Shown piece after piece: positions 30,079-38,243 of a stretch of 64,000 bases of DNA (its first letter is position 1; every line of letters begins with the position of its first letter). The translations under genes and the position numbers were made by a program. This stretch comes from Candidatus Omnitrophota bacterium (GTDB lineage: Bacteria > Omnitrophota > Gorgyraeia > Duberdicusellales > Duberdicusellaceae). The notes beneath the pieces are model-generated. The model did no database searches and was not told the DNA's origin. It worked only from the letters and a program-made list of their open reading frames with translations. The stretch is taken from contig JAFGCB010000024.1 of the NCBI GenBank assembly GCA_016932855.1, forward strand, positions 2,813 through 66,812, written 5' to 3'.

Positions 30079-30548
30079 TATACGCCCCTTTTGTTATTTT
30101 CTTTTAATTTGACTCCGAAAAAAATACGCGCTCGCGCCACTACTTCGTTTTCGACTAAGGCACGGGCTTCGACCATCCCGCTATTATTAAGGATTTTTGC
30201 GGCATTGACTTCTAGAGTCAGCTGGCTACCTGCGGATACAGGCTTAAGGAAATGCGCGTCGACTTTTCCAAGATAATACGACGGTTTTTTATTGGCAATA
30301 TCAGGTTTAAGGACGGAATAAAGGATAATGCTTGCTTGGGCCAGAGCTTCGATGATTATGGCGCCGGGAACAACGGGGTTTTTCGGGAAATGCCCCTGAA
30401 AGAAATGTTCGTTGTAGGAAAAATTTTTCAGGCACTTTATTTTTTTATCCTTTTCGTTAATTTCGGTCACTCTATCGATAAATAAAAACGGATAGTCTTG
30501 GGGAAGAATTGCTTTGATTTGTTCGATATCCCAAATCGCACTCATCAT
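30078..30548 (-). CDS. fabZ: 3-hydroxyacyl-ACP dehydratase, FabZ-like
   Basis: LPQDYPFLFIDRV, FFQGHFP, PGAIIIEALAQ. Confidence 0.9.
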   Translation of the reverse strand: MMSAIWDIEQIKAILPQDYPFLFIDRVTEINEKDKKIKCLKNFSYNEHFFQGHFPKNPVVPGAIIIEALAQASIILYSVLKPDIANKKPSYYLGKVDAHFLKPVSAGSQLTLEVNAAKILNNSGMVEARALVENEVVARARIFFGVKLKENNKRGV

Positions 30549-30797
30549 TCATTTGTTTAGTGACTTTAAGACAACTTCATATACATTCTCTAGAGACCGT
30601 ATATTCGGTATTTCTTCTTCAGGTATGGTTACTTTATATTTCTTTTCAATGCTGGCTACAATTTCTAATGCCATCATGCTGTCTACGCCCAGCTCGTCGG
30701 CAAAGCTGGCATCATCACGAAGCTCACTTTCGGGCATTTCCACGATCTCCGAGACAGCCTTTTTTATTTCTTTTTTGATTTGTTCAGGCTTGGCCAT
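30549..30797 (-). CDS. Acyl carrier protein
   Basis: LGVDSMMALE phosphopantetheine site; acidic, 82 aa; AGGAGG RBS. Confidence 0.95.
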   Translation of the reverse strand: MAKPEQIKKEIKKAVSEIVEMPESELRDDASFADELGVDSMMALEIVASIEKKYKVTIPEEEIPNIRSLENVYEVVLKSLNK

Positions 30798-30815
30798 AGG
30801 CCTCCTTTCTTTAAA

Positions 30816-31565
30816 TTAAATTGCCAATCCTCCGTCGATCTTTATAACTTCACCTGTTATGTATTCAGATTCACCGGAAGCAAGAAACGCGCAGAGGTTT
30901 GCAACTTCGTTTGCGGTCCCCATCCTTTTTACTGGTATATTTTCGATTATCTTTTTTTTGACATCATCGCGTAAAGCGGTGACCATCTCCGTGGCGATAT
31001 ATCCGGGGCATATGGTATTGACTCGGATATTGTATGACGCAATTTCTTTTGCCAGGGCTTTCGAAAAGCCGATTATGCCGGCCTTTGAAGCGCAGTAATT
31101 AGTTTGCCTTGGCGTTCCTGTTAAACCGCTAACAGAGCTGATATTTAGGATACATCCGCTTTTTTGTTTAAGTAGAGTAGTAATGCAGGCTCTTGTCATA
31201 TTGAATGTGCCGTTTAGGTTTGTATCAATGACGTCTTTCCAGTCTTCCAGGGTCATCATCATTAAGGCTTTATCTTTTATTATGCCGGCATTATTTATTA
31301 AAATATCGATTTTCCTGAAATTATCAAGGGTTTTAGTGACTATTTCCCGGCATTGACCATAGTCGCGTACATCTGCCTGTAAGCTTAAATGCTTACATTG
31401 GCAAGTTTTTAGTTTTTTGGCTAATTCTTGGGCTTCGTCTTTACTTTTAGCGTAGGTAAAGACTACATTTGCACCTAGCTGTGCAAAGAGTTCGCAACAG
31501 GCCCGGCCTATTCCGCGAGAGCCACCGGTAATTATAGCAGTCTGATTTTTAAGCGTTTTTTCCAT
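30816..31565 (-). CDS. fabG: 3-oxoacyl-ACP reductase
   Basis: TGGSRGIG, NNAGI, YCASK, PGYI, IDGG. Confidence 0.93.
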   Translation of the reverse strand: MEKTLKNQTAIITGGSRGIGRACCELFAQLGANVVFTYAKSKDEAQELAKKLKTCQCKHLSLQADVRDYGQCREIVTKTLDNFRKIDILINNAGIIKDKALMMMTLEDWKDVIDTNLNGTFNMTRACITTLLKQKSGCILNISSVSGLTGTPRQTNYCASKAGIIGFSKALAKEIASYNIRVNTICPGYIATEMVTALRDDVKKKIIENIPVKRMGTANEVANLCAFLASGESEYITGEVIKIDGGLAI

Positions 31566-31583
31566 AAATTTCTTTAGGTCTTA

Positions 31584-31612
31584 ATTATCTCACTGCAAAA
31601 AAGATATGTAAA
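31584..31612 (-). promoter_or_regulatory. Internal sigma70-type promoter for the fabG-acp-fabZ operon (TTTACA-N17-GATAAT, extended TG)
   Basis: Hexamers and 17-bp spacer read from the sequence. Confidence 0.5.
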
Positions 31613-31664
31613 GCTTATATTTTCATAGCGTTACGCAAAAAAATGTCTATTCGAATACCGCGTT

Positions 31665-33017
31665 TTATTCCTTCGTCACAATAAAAAAATAAATGTAGCC
31701 GAAGTTGTCAGATTCCAGTATAAGTGCTGAATTTGGAATTCCTGAATCAAGAAATAACTTTCTTACGTCATCCTTTGTTCGGGAGACAAATTTCCAGTCG
31801 CAAAACCAATCCGGGCAAATAGGCGGAATGGTCTTTTCACGATTTTTATGAGTCATTATTATTTTACCATTTTTTTCCAATACCTGAAACAAGGCAAAAA
31901 TGAGCTTTTTTAGGACTCTATCCGGCAAATAGTCAATGAGTCCTATGCTGTAGATTAAGTTTTGTTTTACGGGCAGGTGAGCGATCTGTTTATTTCTTTC
32001 AATATTAACCCCTTGTAGGTGCGAAAAGTGAAATTTAATATTCGGAAACTGCTGGTTAGCAAAAGCCTCGGCTGAGAATTTCAAGGCTTCGCCATCCCAA
32101 TCAAGGCATCTGAAAATCACTGTTTTTTCAGTTTTAAGGCTGAGTAAAAGTTCTCTTATTTCTCTGCAGCAGCTGCAGGCAATGCTTAGAATATGTACCG
32201 GTGAAGCTGGAGTTTCGTGAATAAACTCGGTAATAAGGTTTTTAAGGCGGTCTTTACGTGACCGGGCAGCTACCGCGTAAGGGCTTTTTAGAAAAATGTT
32301 ATCGAAATAAAGACCTATATTTTGGGAAACAGGTTTATTTGAATAAATAAATTCAAGAGCCCGGTGGTCTTCGGAATAGCCCCGGGGTTTGTCAAAGGCC
32401 TGTTTTACGATAATGCTTTTATATATCCAGGCGTCTACCAGGCGCCGGAAGTTGTCTTTAATCCGCTGGGTAGTCTTTTTATCGGCAAGAATAAGCTCCA
32501 GGCTGTAACCTTTTAAGAGGATTTTATTATTTAATTGTTCTATAATAGATTCTAATTCAGGTAGATAGGTTTTGTCGGTATAGGTGCCGGGAATAAGACG
32601 GGTTATTTCAGTTATATATTCAAACATATCTTTGGTAAAAAAATCCCGGACCAATAATCTAGCATCAGATTTCCTAATATCTCGAAGAAGTTGGCTTATT
32701 TGAGCTTTGATTAATTCCTTTCTTAAAGACGTTTTTTCATTTTCGTTAAGTCCGGTAAACTCGAGGCCATAGATGGTGTTGCCGTTATCGACAGTTTTTC
32801 GCCAGGCAAGTTTAGCGGTAGTTTTTATTTTAGAGGTTTTACCGGGGAAATTTATTTGTAAGGAGATTTCCGGACTCGATATCACTTGCGATGCGACAAA
32901 ACTTACCCCTCCTTCGCTTAGGTCAATCGAATCACCCGCGCTTTTAGGGGAAAATTTGAGTTTTAAGTTTGCCTTTATTCTGGGATAAGCCCGTTTTTCC
33001 TGGTAATTTTTATTCAT
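31665..33017 (-). CDS. PilZ domain fused to a PhcB-like class I SAM methyltransferase
   Basis: PilZ RxxxR (RAYPR) and DxSxGG (DLSEGG); C-terminal KPRGYSED, ILSIAC, LDWD..AL, LIYSIGLIDYL. Confidence 0.72.
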   Translation of the reverse strand: MNKNYQEKRAYPRIKANLKLKFSPKSAGDSIDLSEGGVSFVASQVISSPEISLQINFPGKTSKIKTTAKLAWRKTVDNGNTIYGLEFTGLNENEKTSLRKELIKAQISQLLRDIRKSDARLLVRDFFTKDMFEYITEITRLIPGTYTDKTYLPELESIIEQLNNKILLKGYSLELILADKKTTQRIKDNFRRLVDAWIYKSIIVKQAFDKPRGYSEDHRALEFIYSNKPVSQNIGLYFDNIFLKSPYAVAARSRKDRLKNLITEFIHETPASPVHILSIACSCCREIRELLLSLKTEKTVIFRCLDWDGEALKFSAEAFANQQFPNIKFHFSHLQGVNIERNKQIAHLPVKQNLIYSIGLIDYLPDRVLKKLIFALFQVLEKNGKIIMTHKNREKTIPPICPDWFCDWKFVSRTKDDVRKLFLDSGIPNSALILESDNFGYIYFFIVTKE

Positions 33018-33110
33018 ACGCTAATTTACGCTAATTATAAAGCTAATTTCCGCGAATCAAGATGCGAATTTAAAGCGAATTTACACTAATCTACGACGAA
33101 TTAAGACTAA
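33018..33110. repeat. Repeat family A arm downstream of the GxxExxY gene
   Basis: Degenerate ~9-13-bp units: cgctaat, ctaatttccgcgaat, gcgaatttacactaat. Confidence 0.75.
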
Positions 33111-33124
33111 TAATACATATCACA

Positions 33125-33577
33125 TTAAACGCTTGAATAAGCATTTCGCGAAGAGGAGATAATTCTTTTTTTATCCAGAATTCTGCGCCTTATATCGATT
33201 TTTGTAGCGCCAAAGTTGATTATATATCCTAATTTATAATTCGTACCTTTTAAGTAATTGTATAGCTGAGTTTCATAGAATTTCGGCATAATTTCCACGG
33301 CTTTTATTTCTATGATAATTTTCTTATCAATAATGAAGTCCGGGGTATAATAACCCGCAGTTTTGTTTTTGTACTTTATCGGAATGCGCCTTTCTTCTTC
33401 GTGCGTAATATTTTTAAGCGCGAATTCGATTGTCAGCGCCTTACGGTAAACCGATTCCTTAAAGCCCGGTCCAAGTTCATTATAAACTTCAAAGAAACAG
33501 CCCACAATATCATAGGAAAGGTCCTTATATAATAGATTCTTGCAATTTTTACTCTTTATACGCATAGAATTTTTCAA
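33125..33577 (-). CDS. GxxExxY protein (PD-(D/E)xK nuclease superfamily)
   Basis: LGPGFKESVY, PDFII, IEIKA, QLYNYL, INFG. Confidence 0.93.
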   Translation of the reverse strand: MKNSMRIKSKNCKNLLYKDLSYDIVGCFFEVYNELGPGFKESVYRKALTIEFALKNITHEEERRIPIKYKNKTAGYYTPDFIIDKKIIIEIKAVEIMPKFYETQLYNYLKGTNYKLGYIINFGATKIDIRRRILDKKRIISSSRNAYSSV

Positions 33578-33619
33578 TCCGCGAAAATTAGTTTAATCAA
33601 TTAGCGAGAATTAGCGTTT
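33576..33619. repeat. Inverted repeat family A arm upstream of the GxxExxY gene
   Basis: aatccgcgaaaattag...aattagcgagaattagcg, the reverse complement of the 33018 arm motif. Confidence 0.72.
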
Positions 33620-33998
33620 AAATAATAGTTTTTTTAATCGCCTCTAAAAGCACTGCGTTGTCAAAAGGTTTGTATAAATGCTCTGCTACTTTTAGTTTCA
33701 TCGCTTCCTGGTATTTCTCCATATCAGCATAACCTGTTATTAAAATCTCAGGGATTTGCTTCTTTTTTGCTTTATTTAAGTAGCTGCGGATTTGTTTAAT
33801 TATTTCAATGCCGTCCGCCTCGGGAATTCTGATATCGCAGATAATAAGATTAAAATCAGTTTCCTTTATTTTTTCTAAAGCTTCTTTCCCGCTTTGAGCA
33901 ATGCTTGTTTCATAGCCCGAGGTTTTTAAAAGCATGGATACGCTCTTTGTTACCAGCTCTTCGTCGTCAATCAATAGAATTCTTTTGCTCATAATCAA
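33618..33998 (-). CDS. Single-domain response regulator (paralog of 29701-30078)
   Basis: LIDDE, CDIRIPEADG, IPEILITG, KPFD. Confidence 0.93.
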   Translation of the reverse strand: MIMSKRILLIDDEELVTKSVSMLLKTSGYETSIAQSGKEALEKIKETDFNLIICDIRIPEADGIEIIKQIRSYLNKAKKKQIPEILITGYADMEKYQEAMKLKVAEHLYKPFDNAVLLEAIKKTII

Positions 33999-34076
33999 GC
34001 TCCTTTATAAGGGATTCCAGAGATTATTAAAATAGATTACAGAGATTAAATAAATATTACGTTGATTGCGCATTGA

Positions 34077-34484
34077 TTACGGTGATTTTAAATTCAGCCT
34101 TCGTATTTTGCAGCTTTTATTGCCAAAGTTTATCAATAAACCTACATTATAACCTGAGACTTTCATGTAAGACAAAAGCTGCGCTTCGAATAGCCTAGGC
34201 ATGATTCCGGTTACAGCCTTAACTTCGACTATTACCGAATTTTCAATAATTAGATCTATACGAAGAGTTCCGACTTTACGGCTGCGATAATCTACTTTAT
34301 ATTCGCTTTTCGTTGAGTACTTTAGGCCCGCGTCATTTAATGCCAGGTTTAAAGAATTATGATATATTTTTTCATTAAACCCCGGACCTAATTCGCTGTG
34401 AACTTTATACGCACAAGCGATGATTTTTTCCGTAAGCGGATCTCTTTCTTTAATCTTTGAAATCGGTTTCTTAATCTCTGTAAT
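34077..34484 (-). CDS. Second GxxExxY protein, absent from the ORF track (no ATG/GTG/TTG start; possible pseudogene)
   Basis: Manual translation gives ...DPLTEKIIACAYKVHSELGPGFNEKIYHN...RIDLIIENSVIVEVKA...AQLLSYMK...GLLINFG...*; frame is open, start uncertain. Confidence 0.85.
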   Translation of the reverse strand: MTEIKKPISKIKERDPLTEKIIACAYKVHSELGPGFNEKIYHNSLNLALNDAGLKYSTKSEYKVDYRSRKVGTLRIDLIIENSVIVEVKAVTGIMPRLFEAQLLSYMKVSGYNVGLLINFGNKSCKIRRLNLKSP

Positions 34485-34501
34485 TATTGAAGAATATTTT
34501 G

Positions 34502-36697
34502 TTAACTTTTTACTTTGCTTTCTTCTTTCATTGCAGGGAGTTGCACGGTGAATACGGCGCCTTGGTTGGGTTCGGATTCTACTGAAATCGTGCCTTTATG
34601 CTTTGCGATAATTGAATGGCAGATAGAAAGCCCTAGACCAAGTCCTTTGCCTACGTCTTTCGTAGTAAAAAACGGGTCGAATATTTTGGAAAGAATACCT
34701 TGTGGTATGCCCGGACCTTCATCTTGGACTTCAATCATTATCGTTTCATCTTTTTTTGAGATAGCTACATGTATTATACCACTTTTCTTTAAGCGTTTAA
34801 TCGCGTCTTTTGCGTTGAGGATTAGATTGGTTACGACTTGTTCAAGCTCATTGTGATTACCGGAAACAAAATATCCGCCTTCGTCTATTTGAGTGTTTAT
34901 TTTGATATTTTCCTGCTCTAACTGGTAGCTGATAAAAGCAATGGTTATATCTAATACTTTTCTTAAATCGACTTTATCAAGTCGTGCGGATTCAAGAGGC
35001 TTCTTGGCGTAAGTCATAAGTTTCTGGACAATTGTCCGGCATCGTTTCGTCGCCTCCTCTATCAGTTCCAGTGATTCTCTGTCTAATTCCGAATCAATCG
35101 GTTTAGCGGCTAAAAGCATTTGAACATTAGTAAGGATTGCGGTTAAGGGGTTATTTATTTCATGGGCCACTCCTCCGGCCAGGGTGCCTACTGTTGCTAA
35201 CTTTTCTGCCTGAACGAGTTGGTTCTGGACTTCCATTAGTTCTTTGGTCCGCTGGCGCACCTGTTCTTCAATATTTTCATAGCGCAAGGCATTATCAATA
35301 GCCAAAGCAGCTTCGGTTACAAAAACAGAAAAGTTATGTAAATCTTCCGAGGTGTAAGGCCTTTTGGAGAGTTTGTCTCCCAAAATAAGGATGTTTAGCA
35401 ATTTTTCTTCCAGGAAACTAGCCACGACTACCTTGGCGTTTAAAAGGGCCATTTCGCTTTCTAGCTGCGTAAAGACAGAGTCAGGATTGTCTTCGGATTT
35501 TCGTTTTACTTCTTCGTATACAAGGGGTTCGTTTTGCTTTTCAAGGTAGTGAATTAAAGGATTTTTTTTGTCGATGGAAATCGGCTGTTTTTCGTTTAGA
35601 TTGCGGCCGGCTTTAAGGATAAATTGGTTAAATTCCGGATCAAAAAGATAAATTGCGGAATGAGAAATACGGACGGTCTTAGTAATCGTATAAGCAATAA
35701 AATCCAGAAGCTTCTTTGAATTACGGATACGGGCTATTCCGATTGCGGCCTGCTTTAGCGTTTCCTGATAGCTGCGCTGTTCCCGCAAAAGTATTGCTTC
35801 AGCGTTTCGCAGTAAATATATATACGCAAAAGGGCCAGTGGTTGCCAAGATTGCCATAAGAATGAGAGGTCCCAGCCACCAGTTTGTCCCCAAAAAAATA
35901 ATTAACCAATCTTTGCCAGCATTGATTAAAAGAAAAGGCAAGCCAAGTACGATAGTGTAAACTGCAACGAATATAGCAGTGCGAGTTACGACTACGCGGA
36001 TATCCATTAGGCGGTATTTGACGATAGCGTAAGCCATCAGGAGTAAATAAATTATAGTCAAAACATCATGCGGAAAAGAAATCTTGATCCCGAAGACTGA
36101 GAGAAAATAAATAGCTGAACCTAGAAAGCCGATAAATGTAGCTAATAGAAAATATTTAAGTTGATCATTCTTATGGGCTATTGATTTTTTATAAAAGGAA
36201 TATGCTTTACAGAAACCGTATGTCGCATATGAGTACCAATAAAAAAGAAAAAAGTAATAACTCACCCCTGGAACGAGATGCGTTTTAATAAAAGGCAAGT
36301 TGCTAGGAGTAATTTCTCTAAAGAAAAAAGGACTAAGCGTTAATAGAAAGCATAATGGAGAAAGAATGAACGAAGACCGGGCCAGATAAAGACCGATTCG
36401 ATCATTTTCTATCTTTTTGCCAGCTATATTATATACAACTAATAGCCAAAACGCAGGCATAAAGGAAACCGGTGCAAAAAAAAGTTTCTCGTAGAATATT
36501 GATGTCGCTACATTTTGTTTCGTCATTGTTATAAAGTGACTAAAACACCAGCTGCTAATGCAAAGACTAAAAACAAAAAAAACAAAGTTTAGGCTGTTTT
36601 TAATGTTTTTGAGTAATACAAAAACACCAATCCCGAAACTAATTAATACAGCGCTTAGGGTAACGGCCTGGTATACGTTCATACTTATATCCGGCAT
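34502..36697 (-). CDS. Sensor histidine kinase: 7TM sensor + GAF + HisKA/HATPase
   Basis: TM-rich N-terminus, LAIDN, H-box VAHEINNPL, DEGPG, FDPFFTTK, GLGLGL. Confidence 0.93.
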   Translation of the reverse strand: MPDISMNVYQAVTLSAVLISFGIGVFVLLKNIKNSLNFVFFVFSLCISSWCFSHFITMTKQNVATSIFYEKLFFAPVSFMPAFWLLVVYNIAGKKIENDRIGLYLARSSFILSPLCFLLTLSPFFFREITPSNLPFIKTHLVPGVSYYFFLFYWYSYATYGFCKAYSFYKKSIAHKNDQLKYFLLATFIGFLGSAIYFLSVFGIKISFPHDVLTIIYLLLMAYAIVKYRLMDIRVVVTRTAIFVAVYTIVLGLPFLLINAGKDWLIIFLGTNWWLGPLILMAILATTGPFAYIYLLRNAEAILLREQRSYQETLKQAAIGIARIRNSKKLLDFIAYTITKTVRISHSAIYLFDPEFNQFILKAGRNLNEKQPISIDKKNPLIHYLEKQNEPLVYEEVKRKSEDNPDSVFTQLESEMALLNAKVVVASFLEEKLLNILILGDKLSKRPYTSEDLHNFSVFVTEAALAIDNALRYENIEEQVRQRTKELMEVQNQLVQAEKLATVGTLAGGVAHEINNPLTAILTNVQMLLAAKPIDSELDRESLELIEEATKRCRTIVQKLMTYAKKPLESARLDKVDLRKVLDITIAFISYQLEQENIKINTQIDEGGYFVSGNHNELEQVVTNLILNAKDAIKRLKKSGIIHVAISKKDETIMIEVQDEGPGIPQGILSKIFDPFFTTKDVGKGLGLGLSICHSIIAKHKGTISVESEPNQGAVFTVQLPAMKEESKVKS

Positions 36698-36709
36698 AAT
36701 TAGTTTAGG

Positions 36710-38179
36710 TTATTGTTTTCCATTCTTGAATTTATAGGCAAAATCATGCAAATTTAGCCCAAATAGGACAGCCACCAAAGATGCATTTCTTATTTTCCAT
36801 AAGCTTCGGATTACAAAATTAAATCGTTGTTTGTCGAACGAAAGAAAAGCTTTTAACGTAAGCATTAATCTTGTTCGTGAAAATAGAGCGGAAATACTAT
36901 AATTACGTTTTATTAAAACACCGCTTTTCCAGAGATTGACTAGGCGACTATACAGTTGCGGGTAGGAGTATATTTCTTTTAGAACTCGAATGTAGCCTTC
37001 TTCCAGTATTTTTTCGGACATAAATTTTGGTCTAAAACAAACATTGCTAAAAGTATATTTTTCCCAGCTTTCATGCAATAATCTTTGGTCTTTTTTTAAT
37101 CTTTTGTATAAACTTGTACCTACTAAAGGCGTCAGAATAGAAATTTGAGGAAACGCTATGTTAGATTCTTGCACAAAATTGATAATTTCATCAAATGTTT
37201 TTTCATCATCATAATCTTCGCCCAAAACAAAAGCACCCACTATCGAAATTCCAGAATGATGAATCCTATTAATTAATTCAATATATTCATGTCGTTTATT
37301 GACAGTGTTTTTTTTAATTAAATCCAAATTTTCTTGTCGCAAAGATTCGAAGCCGATCAATAATTGTCGACAACCACTCTTGTACATTAACTTCAATAAC
37401 TTATCATCTTTTGCAACATTCAATGAAACTTGTCCCCACCAATATTTAATTTTAAAAGGGGTAATAGCAGTAAAAAGTTCTTTGGCTCGTTCCGTATCAA
37501 AAACTATATTGTCATCGGCGAAAAAAATTCCTTTTCTTTTATCAATTCTTAATAAAGTTTCAATCTCGTGGATAACATTCTGGATTGGCTTTGGCCGGTA
37601 AGTATTACCTAAAAATGAAGTCACAGAACAAAATTCACATTTAAACGGGCACCCCCTAGCGGTTTGCATAATGTGAATATTATAAAGCTTATTTTTTAGC
37701 AAATCCCATCGCGGTACAGGAGAATGTGCTAAATCCGGAAATTTAGGTGCGTAATATATACTTTTAAGCTTTCTCTGACGAAAATCCTTTATTATGTCGG
37801 ACCATATCAGTTCTGCTTCTCCGACAACTACAGAATTTGCAAATTTAGAAGCTTCTTCAGGTAACATAGATGCATGAATTCCTCCTAGAATTACCGGTAT
37901 ATTTCGTTTTCGAAAATTATTTGCTATTTCATAGGCGCGCGGAGCTAGCGACGTATTAAACGTAATTCCTATTAAATCAACATCCTGTTGATAATTAATT
38001 GATTCGATGTTTTCGTCGATAAGTGTTATTTTGACATCTTTTGGAGTCAAGGCGGCTATGGTTGGTAATGCTAAAGGGGCACCCCCGCCGTATTTTCTAC
38101 CCAAAAGCTGAGCGGCAAATTTAAAATCCCAAAAATCGTAATCATCTTTTCTTGCAGGAGATATTAAAGCAAGTTTCAT
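36710..38179 (-). CDS. B12-binding radical SAM enzyme
   Basis: N-terminal cobalamin-binding region (PLAL, GGIHAS, GEAE); RGCPFKCEFC; FFADDN; GFES. Confidence 0.9.
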   Translation of the reverse strand: MKLALISPARKDDYDFWDFKFAAQLLGRKYGGGAPLALPTIAALTPKDVKITLIDENIESINYQQDVDLIGITFNTSLAPRAYEIANNFRKRNIPVILGGIHASMLPEEASKFANSVVVGEAELIWSDIIKDFRQRKLKSIYYAPKFPDLAHSPVPRWDLLKNKLYNIHIMQTARGCPFKCEFCSVTSFLGNTYRPKPIQNVIHEIETLLRIDKRKGIFFADDNIVFDTERAKELFTAITPFKIKYWWGQVSLNVAKDDKLLKLMYKSGCRQLLIGFESLRQENLDLIKKNTVNKRHEYIELINRIHHSGISIVGAFVLGEDYDDEKTFDEIINFVQESNIAFPQISILTPLVGTSLYKRLKKDQRLLHESWEKYTFSNVCFRPKFMSEKILEEGYIRVLKEIYSYPQLYSRLVNLWKSGVLIKRNYSISALFSRTRLMLTLKAFLSFDKQRFNFVIRSLWKIRNASLVAVLFGLNLHDFAYKFKNGKQ

Positions 38180-38243
38180 TGTGCAAATATGTTTAATCTA
38201 GTATTTATGATTTTTAGCAAATAGATAGCAAATAAAAAGCTCA

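Noticed and set aside
27257-31565. Housekeeping fab operon or aryl polyene cluster
   Set aside because: No plsX, fabH or fabD; a dead KS partner is present; the aryl-polyene ligase, glycosyltransferase and transport genes are absent
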